64,000 nucleotides of DNA, taken from an uncultured delta proteobacterium (GTDB lineage: Bacteria; Desulfobacterota; Binatia; Binatales; Binataceae). This document shows, in pieces, positions 9,499 through 18,746 of the stretch. The stretch's first letter is position 1, and each line of letters begins with the position of its first letter. The notes beneath the pieces are model-generated. The model was not told the origin of the DNA. It saw only the letters and a program-made list of their open reading frames with translations, and did no database searches. The translations under genes and the position numbers were made by a program. The stretch covers positions 704,001 through 768,000 of the forward strand of contig CAVRVY010000003.1 of NCBI GenBank assembly GCA_963724765.1, read 5' to 3'.

Positions 9499-10329
9499 TC
9501 ACACATGAAGCGCGTGATGAGAGCCAACGGCGCGCTGGAAGTGCGGAACAGCGGATTGTTGCCTTTTCGCGGAATGCGCGGGTAAGTCGGCCGTTGTGAA
9601 TAGTCCCCCGTCCGTGCTCGGTAGCGAAACGTTCATCGCGTTTTCAAGCATATCCACGCGGACGATCAATTGGCGGCCTTGACGAATGACCAGCTGCTCG
9701 CGCTCCATTTGAGCCAGGTGCTCGGTGACCCTGGGCCGCGAGGCGCCGACCAGGTCGGCAATGTCCTGGTGGCTGAACGAGACCCGCAAAAGGGCGCCGC
9801 GCGACTCGCTGATTCCGAAGTCGGAAGCCAGTTCGAGCAGGGTAATCCCGATGCGTTCGTGGAGCCCGAGGTTGAGAAAGCTCGAACTGCGCAGCAGCAG
9901 CCGGTAGCACTGCTGCAAATCGTTCTGATGAAAGGTCTTGAACATCGACTGCGAGCGATGCGCGGCGATACCTTCGAAGTTGCTCCAGCTCAGACTGCCG
10001 ATGCGGCAATCATTGTAAGCTTCGCAGCGAAAATCGAAGCGCCTGAGTTGCAACGACGGAAACTCCGGGATCGGACCCGGCGGCAGCAGGGCGATGGTCA
10101 CCCGCTCGCCGCGGGCATTCTGACAAGTGACGCGCGCGATGCCTTGCAACAGGATATGCGCGTCGGAGGTAAGCGCGGCCTCACGGAAAATTATTTGCGG
10201 CCGTTTGAAGTTGGTCAGCGCCAGCGCTCCCGCCAGCACCCCCAGCTCCGCGACCGAGAGCCATGAAAGAGCCTTGAGCCGGGTCAGTTTGTCGAGGTCA
10301 CTGTCTGGGGGATTTCGGGTTCCATTCAA
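9499..10329 (-). CDS. Crp/Fnr family transcriptional regulator
   Basis: cNMP-binding-like domain; HTH SHQDIADLVGASRPRVTEHL; ERIGITLLELASDFG. Confidence 0.9.
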   Translation of the reverse strand: MNGTRNPPDSDLDKLTRLKALSWLSVAELGVLAGALALTNFKRPQIIFREAALTSDAHILLQGIARVTCQNARGERVTIALLPPGPIPEFPSLQLRRFDFRCEAYNDCRIGSLSWSNFEGIAAHRSQSMFKTFHQNDLQQCYRLLLRSSSFLNLGLHERIGITLLELASDFGISESRGALLRVSFSHQDIADLVGASRPRVTEHLAQMEREQLVIRQGRQLIVRVDMLENAMNVSLPSTDGGLFTTADLPAHSAKRQQSAVPHFQRAVGSHHALHV

Positions 10330-10466
10330 CTTTGCACCTTAAAGAGCATGTCACGACCCTATGCCCCTGCGCGGTGATCAAGCAAACGGAATGTTATCTA
10401 TGGAACATAAGCCGTGTCTTATAAAGGACTATCTCGGCGGCCTGCAAAAGGCCAAACCGCCACGGA

Positions 10467-10544
10467 GTGCCGCGCCGGCACGGTCACCCGCACGCCCTGC
10501 CGATCGGGAACGCCGAAGTTCTCGCTCAGCTCCAGCAGAATCAG
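10467..10544 (-). pseudogene. fragment of a second Crp/Fnr paralog
   Basis: LILLELSENFGVPDRQGVRVTVPARH aligns with ITLLELASDFGISESRGALLRVSFSH of the adjacent Crp. Confidence 0.65.
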
Positions 10545-11121
10545 TCCTCTTGTTGCTCGGACGCACAGCGGGCGGCAAGTCAGTTCAGCTGTCGCGAGGT
10601 GAGCCAAAACAGATTCTCAAGCTCCGCGATTTTCGGATTCCTGATAATCGTATACTGCGCGTAGCATCAATCTACGCGTAGTATCAACTTCACAGAATGC
10701 TGCGCAAGGCAACGATCCGGTTCGACGCACTTGGTGCTTCATGTAACCAAGTCGCGCCAACAGCAAGCCTCTTCTTCGCCTTTCTCGTGCTAACGTTAAA
10801 CTAGTTAATCGGACGACAAGACACTGAGGGCAGCGCTCGGCTTACCGTGGCTTGAAACGAGCGTTAAACCCGGCAACACAATATAAGTCAGTCTTCACGC
10901 TGACGTGACACTACCAGAAGTCGAGGTGCATACAATGCGGTATGGAATAGCATATTTGTTGGGGGTCCCTTTGTCGGTTCTCGTTCTTTGGTATGTGCTA
11001 AGTCATTTACTCTGAGGGCGACATACAGTCTCGGCGCCGTTGGATGAATCTCGCAGCCATACCGGTGGCGATACAACCTGGAATCAGATCGAAGTCAAGA
11101 GATAGCAGTCAGGAAACGCAT

Positions 11122-11637
11122 GTGGCTAAGGCAGTATTCGGAATAGCGAAAGATGAATCGCAGGCCGTCACCATTGCCGACGATCTAAAAGCCGCGGGAT
11201 TTTCGCGCGACGACGTCTCGGTTCTGTACCCCGACACGAGCGGAACGCGAGATTTCGCGCATGCGCAGCACACCAAGGCTCCCGAGGGAGTGGCCACGGG
11301 AGCTGGCACCGGGGCGGTGCTTGGAGGGGCTTTTGGGTGGCTGGTCGGCATCGGCGTGCTGGCAATCCCAGGCGTCGGACCCCTTATCGCAGCGGGCCCG
11401 ATCCTGGCAGCACTCGCGGGCGCAGCTGCCGGCGGCGCGGCCGGGGGAATCACCGGAGGCTTGATCGGGATGGGAATGCCGGAATACGAAGCGAGGCAGT
11501 ACGAAGGGAAGATTAAGGACGGCAACATCCTGATGTCGGTGCACACTGAGGATGGAACACGCCGCGCCCGTGCGAAGGAGATCTTTCAGAACGGCGGCGC
11601 GGAAGACATCTCGTATACCAACGAGGCTTCAGTGTAG
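11122..11637 (+). CDS. general stress protein-like membrane protein (YflT/17M- or DUF3341-like)
   Basis: AVFG...LKAAGFSRDDVSVL, Gly/Ala-rich TM hairpin AIPGVGPLIAAGP, GMPEYEARQYEGKIKDGNILMSVH. Confidence 0.8.
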   Translation: MAKAVFGIAKDESQAVTIADDLKAAGFSRDDVSVLYPDTSGTRDFAHAQHTKAPEGVATGAGTGAVLGGAFGWLVGIGVLAIPGVGPLIAAGPILAALAGAAAGGAAGGITGGLIGMGMPEYEARQYEGKIKDGNILMSVHTEDGTRRARAKEIFQNGGAEDISYTNEASV

Positions 11638-11664
11638 CAGCCTCACCAAGAAACGCTGGGCTAA

Positions 11665-13647
11665 ATGAGTCTGCCTAAGGTGACATCTATCGGATCATCA
11701 GATTCGAACTCAAGGACATCTAAGAACACGCCGTCGAAGCAGGCATCGTCGCTGGTGAAGAGCGATTGCAGCAGAGCCGAGGGCGACGCTCACGGGGGCT
11801 CGCAGCAGATAACCGGCCCCGCGCCCGGTTCATCGCAATTGGACAACGTAGACGAAGCGCTACAGCGAAACACCACCGCTGATGATCCTGACAGCGCCGA
11901 TGGGCTGGCTTTCGTTTGGACCGCGTTACCGATCGTGACGATAGTGTTCGCGACGGCGGTTCTATATCGCGGACGCGACGTACTTCTGCCGCTGACGATG
12001 GCCCTCATACTGGCAGTCATCTTTGGCCCGCTCGCAAATATTTTAGAACGATTTGTAAACCGGATTCTAAGCGCGGCCTTCGTGGTTCTTTTGGTGATCG
12101 TAACTATTGGGGCATTAGGGTATTTTCTCGCGGTTGAGCTTACCACCGTAGTAGACCACGTCGCAGGCTATTCCGATAATATTGGAAACAAACTGGCTGC
12201 TCTCGAAAAAGTTTCGCCGGTATGGCTTCAACATTTCAAGTATGCGGTTTCCGACGTCCAACGCCGGGTTGAGACAAATAATCATGCGCCCGTGTCATCG
12301 AGAACAGTTCAGGCGTTACCTTCTACAAGCATGAGTGACGATTTAAGCCTGGTCTCTCCGGTGCTGAGTGGCGTCGTTGAAGCCTTGCTCATTACGGTAC
12401 TTCTGTTCTTTTTGCTTTACAGTAAACGGGACTTGCGCGACCGCTTTGTACGCTTGGCAGCCCGAGCCCGAATTACTGTGGCGCCGCAAGCGATGGAAAC
12501 CGCAGCGCACACCGTCGGACGCTACCTATTGCTCTTCTCGTTAACAAATCTGGGATTCGGCGTGGCATGCGGTTTGGTAACCTGGCTTCTGGGGCTACAG
12601 AATGCGGTTTTGTGGGGCCTACTCGCCTTCTTACTGAGATTCATACCGTACGTAGGCGCGATGACGGCGGCGATTTTGCCGGCATTGGTGGCCTTTGCCG
12701 TGTTTCCGGGGTGGTCCAAATCTTTGGAGATACTCGGTTTCTTCACATTCTTTGATCAGATCGCAACTCACGTCGTCGAGCCCTTCATAGTCGGACCGGG
12801 CATAGGTGTATCGCCGGTGGCTCTGCTGGTTTCCGCGATGTACTGGTCGTGGCTGTGGGGATTGCCGGGCCTGCTGCTTGCGACGCCGCTGACCGCATGC
12901 CTCAAGGTCGCGGGCGACTATATTCCCGCGCTTGGTTTCCTCTCAGTGTTATTGGGCGCTGATCGAGAGCTCGATGACTCTCATGACTTCTATCGAATGC
13001 TTCTTGAACTGGACTCCATGGGCGCGCGCGACTTGGCTATTCGCTTTTGCGATGAAAATGGTTTGGAGCGGACGTTCGACGACATTTTCATTCCGGTTTT
13101 GTCGCTGGCGGGTGAAGAACGAGCGGAAAACCACATAAGTCAGGACAATCTACAATTTATTCTTAAGATTATTCGAGAGCTGATAAAAGATCTGGGTAAT
13201 CGCTTTATCAGACCTCGAACACGGGGAAGACTCCGGGTATTAGGCCTATGCGCCCCTGGCGAGGTCCATGACTTGGGCTTGTTGATGCTCCTTGAGCTCC
13301 TTCGCCATGCCGGAGCAGCGGCCAAGTTAGCGGACGAAGGCAAATCGCCGGATGAATTGCGGGGTCTCATCAAGGATTTCGCGCCTGAGCTGGTCTGCGT
13401 CTCTTGTACAGTGACCGATTGTATGCCGGCTGCGCTGGAATTGATCGCCGCTATCAAACAGGATTCACCCGCGTTGACAATAATCGGCGGCGGCAGGGCG
13501 GCTCTGTGGGATGCGACTAAGTTCGTCGCTGCCGGGTGCTCCGAGGTTTGCGGGAGTAGGGAAGAAGCGCGCCGCTCCATACGACGTTTCGCGCTAAACA
13601 GAGCAAGATCTCACGTGGCTGGTTCACGCGCGATGGCCCGAGCATAA
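11665..13647 (+). CDS. AI-2E family transporter with C-terminal cobalamin-binding domain
   Basis: Multi-TM core with LLRFIPYVG and VEPFIVG...GVSP motifs; C-terminal GEVHDLG...VSCT...GGG; true start may be downstream. Confidence 0.85.
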   Translation: MSLPKVTSIGSSDSNSRTSKNTPSKQASSLVKSDCSRAEGDAHGGSQQITGPAPGSSQLDNVDEALQRNTTADDPDSADGLAFVWTALPIVTIVFATAVLYRGRDVLLPLTMALILAVIFGPLANILERFVNRILSAAFVVLLVIVTIGALGYFLAVELTTVVDHVAGYSDNIGNKLAALEKVSPVWLQHFKYAVSDVQRRVETNNHAPVSSRTVQALPSTSMSDDLSLVSPVLSGVVEALLITVLLFFLLYSKRDLRDRFVRLAARARITVAPQAMETAAHTVGRYLLLFSLTNLGFGVACGLVTWLLGLQNAVLWGLLAFLLRFIPYVGAMTAAILPALVAFAVFPGWSKSLEILGFFTFFDQIATHVVEPFIVGPGIGVSPVALLVSAMYWSWLWGLPGLLLATPLTACLKVAGDYIPALGFLSVLLGADRELDDSHDFYRMLLELDSMGARDLAIRFCDENGLERTFDDIFIPVLSLAGEERAENHISQDNLQFILKIIRELIKDLGNRFIRPRTRGRLRVLGLCAPGEVHDLGLLMLLELLRHAGAAAKLADEGKSPDELRGLIKDFAPELVCVSCTVTDCMPAALELIAAIKQDSPALTIIGGGRAALWDATKFVAAGCSEVCGSREEARRSIRRFALNRARSHVAGSRAMARA

Positions 13648-13790
13648 GCAATGAACACGGCGCCGGCTGAGTGGCTTACTTCTTTATTGGCTCGATCGAA
13701 GCGTCGGCATTGTAGTCTGGCCACCACCGCCACTCGAGCGTGTTCAGTAACCGACCGGGAACCGCGCCCACCAGGCTATCAGCTATGGCC

Positions 13791-14611
13791 TCAATGAGCG
13801 CCCTGGACCACGATCACGCAACGGTCGCCATCCGGAACTTCTTCGAGCGGCAATCCGATTTCGTCGGCGAATCTCTTTCCCACGATCAGCAGCCGTCCGG
13901 GACTCTGGCGGAATAATTGCTGGCGGCTGCGCTGGGTGAGTACGTCGGTGTGAAAAAGCCGCCCCAGGCGCGCCCGCGCGTCGCGAATCATATCGACCAG
14001 GGCGGCATCGGGCTGAGTGGCACTATCGCCAGCGCGTCGTGGGATAGCAGCAGCGCGCGCAACCTGGATCGATTGTTGCGCGCGATGCGGGCGCCAAGAT
14101 GGAGCGCCGCGCGGCCGTCCGGCCCCGCATCGATCGCCGCGAACACGCGCTCGAATGGACGATCGGCCCCCTGGATAAAGGCGCCGACGTTGATGGGCAA
14201 ATTCTTCGCCTTGACGAACACTTCGCGCACGATCCCGCCGAGCGTGTCGCTGCCGGATGCCGCACGGTGGTAGCCCAGGAAAATCCACGCGACCTCGGCC
14301 GTGCGGGCGGCGGTGATGATATCGAGAGCCGGAGCGCTGGAGCGCATCGTCTGCGCGTCGATCGTCACGCCGCGCGGGCGGGCGTACTCGATCGCCGCCG
14401 TCAAGGCGGGCGGCGGGGGAAGCGGTGCCTGCGCCTGTACGCTGGGCGCTTCGGCGACTGATGCGCCGGCGCGCGGCGCTACCAGCGCAAGCACGCGAGG
14501 AGGCGGTTCGTCAGGATCGCTTGCCGCGAGCGCAATCGCCATGAGCGGCGCGACCCCATCGGGATTCGCGACCGCCACCAGGACTCCGCGCTTATGCGTG
14601 GTCGTCATCAC
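13791..14611 (-). pseudogene. universal stress protein-like tandem-domain protein, frameshifted near 14035
   Basis: VLVAVANP...IFLGYH...LGGIVREV in the 13988-14611 frame continues as DAALVDMIRD...LLIVGK...CVIVVQG in the 13791-14288 frame. Confidence 0.65.
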
Positions 14612-14856
14612 CTGAAGGACTCCATCCAGACTGACCGCCCCTTCTCATCTGGTCAAACGCCGCCCACAGCAACACTGACGCTCCGTCACCAAAGCATATC
14701 CGACGGCGCAGCGCGCCTGTGAGCCCGCGATGCCGTCATCATGCCTGTCTCTCGCCAACCGCTTGTGACAGGCTGGAATTAGCGGAAGCCCACCGCGATG
14801 GCAGGATGCCGGAACGTCCGAAGGCGAGGGCAATGGATGGGGATGCGGGGCTGTAG

Positions 14857-16080
14857 ATGAATCGCGCGCGACGGCTTCTGGCGAGTGCTTGTGCGGCCGT
14901 GCTCGTATGCGGGCTCGGCGCCGCGCGGGCGCGCGCGGATGAACGGCCGCTCGCACGCGTTGTACTGATGCCCGAGCTGATCCCCGACGTTGTGCGGCAG
15001 CTGGCCCCGATAACCGTCGAGCTTGCGGCCGGCCGCATCAGCCCGCGCGCTTCCAAGATCGAGATCGGTGGCCTGGTCTATTGCGGCGGCGATGGGCAAC
15101 GCGGCGCGTGGGCGCTCGGTGTCGCCTATCCTAACTCTGCGGCGGCGAGTTCGAACGTGCTCTCGACCGCCGATTGCCAGGCTCCGCTGTCTAATGTCGC
15201 TCAACGGCTTGCGCATTCGCCCGGCGCCCCCGATTGGGTCGAGGTTATCAAGGCGCATGTCACCTGGACACCGTGGGCGTTGCGCTTCGCGATCGCCGAC
15301 GCGGCCGGTGCGGGTAGGAACGGGCGTCCAGCGCCCTCGCTCAAAGAGCTCGGACAGTTCAAAAGCTTCCCGACCTCGAACCTTCACATCCTGCCGCCGC
15401 CGGGCCAGGAGAACCGGTTCGACGTCGCGGTTGGATTTTCGGAATCATCGATCGTGGTGGCCGTCTTCCGCGCTGGCCGCACCAGCAATCCCGAGCCGTA
15501 TCTGAAGGGCGATCCCCTGCTCGATGCCGAGATTGCCGACGCCCCCGCACGCGCCAACGCCGTGGCCGATGCGCAATACGGATTCATTAACGCACTGCTC
15601 AGGCTATACGCGTCCTCATTCGATATTCCGCTTCAGCTCCAGGGCATGACACAGACGCTGGTGGCCAAAAACCTCAGCGCCTCGGGCGGCGACAACACGA
15701 TGACGGTGGCGGGACAGATAGAACTCGGAAACGTCAGCTACAACGCCGCAGTCCATTGCGAAGGCGCCGATCTCGCAATCCGCCAGGTGACGCTCACCGC
15801 GCCGGCGGCCAACTGCGATACCAACGATGTCGTCGGGCGGCTCCAATGCGAGGGGCAACAGGCGGCCAGCGGCGCGCTGGCCGCGGCCCTGACCAATGCC
15901 TACCAGGGTCAGAGGTTTCATTACTCGACGGGCGATCACCCGTTGCGTTTCACGCTCGGGGAGGCGGAGTTCGCGGCAAAGTTCGACGCGCTGAGATCGA
16001 GCTCACGAGGTTCAACTGTGAGCGAAGATGGAAACGTGACGATCGAGAGAATCGATCGCGCGCCAGTTTCGACGCGTTAG
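14857..16080 (+). CDS. secreted hypothetical protein
   Basis: 407-aa ORF, signal peptide ending ARA-D, several Cys; no recognised family. Confidence 0.75.
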   Translation: MNRARRLLASACAAVLVCGLGAARARADERPLARVVLMPELIPDVVRQLAPITVELAAGRISPRASKIEIGGLVYCGGDGQRGAWALGVAYPNSAAASSNVLSTADCQAPLSNVAQRLAHSPGAPDWVEVIKAHVTWTPWALRFAIADAAGAGRNGRPAPSLKELGQFKSFPTSNLHILPPPGQENRFDVAVGFSESSIVVAVFRAGRTSNPEPYLKGDPLLDAEIADAPARANAVADAQYGFINALLRLYASSFDIPLQLQGMTQTLVAKNLSASGGDNTMTVAGQIELGNVSYNAAVHCEGADLAIRQVTLTAPAANCDTNDVVGRLQCEGQQAASGALAAALTNAYQGQRFHYSTGDHPLRFTLGEAEFAAKFDALRSSSRGSTVSEDGNVTIERIDRAPVSTR

Positions 16081-16284
16081 CGAAAACAATTTTGCTCTGC
16101 GCCGTTTCCTGCGGCGGCGCGGAGCCTGCCGCGATTTCTCGCTCGCCTCGATGCAGCAACTGGCCGATTCACGCGGTATGCCATCTCGCCAATCATCACC
16201 GCCTGGCACGTTGATGGCGCGCTCGCTCATACAATCGAGTGCGTCCGCCAGCCAGCTGACGGGCCAAAATCTCCTCGATGCCAT

Positions 16285-17409
16285 TCATAGTTCGCTATCG
16301 AGCCGCCCGTGTTGGTTCGGCCAACCCGCCGCGGCGGCGTTCGAGACCCGCTGTCCGACTTCACGGCGAACGATTGGAATCAACTCGCGGCCATAGTCGA
16401 TCGCGTCCTGGAGCGGATCGAATCCGCGAATCAGAAAAGTGGTCACGCCAAGGTCGTAGTAAGCGAGCAACGACTCCGCGACCTGCTCCGGCGTGCCCAC
16501 CAGCGCAGTGGTACTGCCACGCGCGCCGGTGGCGGCGGCCACGGCGGTCCATAGGCGTTGGTCCAGCACCTCGCCCCGCGCCGCCGCAGCGAGCAGGCGC
16601 TGCGAGCCTACATTCTGCGGCGCTCCCTTCGCCGGACCGAGCATCCCGTTGCCGCGGATCGCGCCGATCGTTTCGCGGATGCGCTCGGCGCGCCGCCACG
16701 CCGCGGCCTCGGTCGGCGCCAGGATCGGACGTGTCGAGAGGCTGAATTTTACGCTGCGCTGATAGCGCGCAGCGGAAGCCCGCACTTTCGCGATCGTCTC
16801 GGCAGCCTGGTCCAGCGGCTCGCCCCACAACGCGTAAACGTCGGCATAGCGGCCGGCGACTTCGATCGCTTCGTCCGAGGAGCCGCCGAAGTAGATTGGC
16901 AGATGCGGCTGCAGGGGTTTTACCTCGGAATATGCCGCGCGGAACTGATAGAAGGGACCGTCGTGATCGACGGGCGCCGCGCCCGCCCAGATGCGCTTGA
17001 GAATCCCGACGTACTCGCTCGTGCGCGCGTAGCGCGCGCGATGGCCCAGGAAGTCGCCGTCCCTCTGCTGCTCGGCGTCGTCGCCGCCGGTAATGATATG
17101 CACGGCGAGACGGCCGCCACTGAAGTGGTCGAGGGTAGCGAGCTTGCGCGCGGCCAGGGTTGGAGCGACGAAGCCCGGCCGATGCGCCAGCATCAGTCCT
17201 ATACGCTCGGTAGCCCATGCTGCGTACGAAGCGACGATAAATCCGTCGGGACCGTTGCCGAAATAACCGATCAGGATTCGGTCGAAGCCGGAACATTCAT
17301 GCGCCTGCGCAAAACGCCGGACGTAATCGACGTCGATCGCAGGATTCTGCGGCGGGTGAATTTCGGAATACTCGCGGGTCGCTATCATGCCGATGAATTC
17401 GACGTCCAT
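16285..17409 (-). CDS. LLM-class flavin-dependent monooxygenase (SsuD-related)
   Basis: LAHRPGFVAPTLAARKLATLDHFSGGR, YFGGSS, ALVGTPEQVAESLLAYYDLGV. Confidence 0.92.
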   Translation of the reverse strand: MDVEFIGMIATREYSEIHPPQNPAIDVDYVRRFAQAHECSGFDRILIGYFGNGPDGFIVASYAAWATERIGLMLAHRPGFVAPTLAARKLATLDHFSGGRLAVHIITGGDDAEQQRDGDFLGHRARYARTSEYVGILKRIWAGAAPVDHDGPFYQFRAAYSEVKPLQPHLPIYFGGSSDEAIEVAGRYADVYALWGEPLDQAAETIAKVRASAARYQRSVKFSLSTRPILAPTEAAAWRRAERIRETIGAIRGNGMLGPAKGAPQNVGSQRLLAAAARGEVLDQRLWTAVAAATGARGSTTALVGTPEQVAESLLAYYDLGVTTFLIRGFDPLQDAIDYGRELIPIVRREVGQRVSNAAAAGWPNQHGRLDSEL

Positions 17410-17420
17410 TGCGTCTTCTC

Positions 17421-18578
17421 CTAGTTACTGATTGCCGCGAACGCCGCGCGGCCCGCGTTGAGCAGGATGCTGTCGTTCTGCGGAGTATGCACGCGGCTGC
17501 AGAGCACGTCCCGGTAATGCCGCTCCAGCGGATTTTGCCGGCTCAGCCCCGGATTCCCGACCAGCGCGATCGCGCGTTCGACTACGCTGATCGCATTGGT
17601 CGTAACCGTAAGCTTGATAAGTCCGCTTTCGTGAACATCCGGCGGTTTGCCCCAGTCGGTCCGCTCGGCGGCGGTCCGGATCAAGACCTGGTTGGTGAGC
17701 AGTTTGCCGTCGATCTCGCCGATCGCCTCCTGAAAACGCGGCAGCGTCGAAAGCGGCGCACCAAGATTGGACGGAGTTCGCTCGGTGAGATAGCGGGCGA
17801 GCCAGTCGCGCGCGGCCCGCGCGATTCCGTCATACAGCGCCGCGATCGGCAGCGTGAACCATGCCGTCTCGGCCGCGTCCGAAGCCGCCCACTGCGACGG
17901 AAGACGAAGGTCAACCGCATGATCGGCCGGCACCAGGACCGCGCTCAAGATTACTTCATGGCTCGCGCTCGCGCGCATCCCGAGATGATCCCAGCTCTCG
18001 ACCACCTGAATACCCGCGGCGTCGGCAGGTAGCAGCCAGATTCCCACGCGGGGCGTTTTCTCGTCGGTGCGCCCCCAAACGGCAAGCCAGCTCAGCAAAG
18101 GGATGCCGGTGGAATAGAGCTTGTGGCCGGAAATCAGCCAACCCCCGGATTGGAGCGTGGCGGTGGTTGCCGGCAAGCCTCCGCGCGCGGGAGTGCCGAG
18201 TTCGGGCTCAACGCGCAGATGGTTTATGAACGCCCCATGCTCGACCGCGTCGCGTGAGAGGCGTTCGATCAGATGACGCGGCCAGCGCGGATTTAGCGCG
18301 AGCAGCGCGTGCGCGACGTATTGCATGGTAAGGACGAGGGCGGTGGAAGCGTCGCCGCGCGCTATCGCGCCGACCACGGCGCAGGTTTCAAACAGTCCGG
18401 CGCCGCACCCACCATACTCCCGCGGGACCGTCAACGCTGCGAGCCCGGACGCGCACAGCCTGTCGAAGTTCTCGAAGGGGAAAGAGGCCTCGCGATCGTG
18501 CAGCGCCGCGTGCCGAGCAAATTCGCGTCCGAGCGCTTCGGCAATTTCATCCGGGCTGGTCTTCTTGCAGACCATCAA
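17421..18578 (-). CDS. acyl-CoA dehydrogenase-like protein (SfnB/DszC-related)
   Basis: HDREASFPFENF, SGHKLYSTG, WDHLGMRASASH, NPLERHYRD. Confidence 0.9.
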   Translation of the reverse strand: MMVCKKTSPDEIAEALGREFARHAALHDREASFPFENFDRLCASGLAALTVPREYGGCGAGLFETCAVVGAIARGDASTALVLTMQYVAHALLALNPRWPRHLIERLSRDAVEHGAFINHLRVEPELGTPARGGLPATTATLQSGGWLISGHKLYSTGIPLLSWLAVWGRTDEKTPRVGIWLLPADAAGIQVVESWDHLGMRASASHEVILSAVLVPADHAVDLRLPSQWAASDAAETAWFTLPIAALYDGIARAARDWLARYLTERTPSNLGAPLSTLPRFQEAIGEIDGKLLTNQVLIRTAAERTDWGKPPDVHESGLIKLTVTTNAISVVERAIALVGNPGLSRQNPLERHYRDVLCSRVHTPQNDSILLNAGRAAFAAISN

Positions 18579-18746
18579 GCTCTCTCCTTAGGACGCCGCA
18601 CGCGAGCGCCCAATAGCAGGCCGCGCGCGTCGATGCGCCGGGTTCAGGGTCGCAGCAGGCACCGCTGGCCACCCGGGAACCGGGCGCCCCGGCCGCACGG
18701 CCGCGACGCCCTTGTCCGAGTCGGCGATCTCTAACGATGGGTATCC

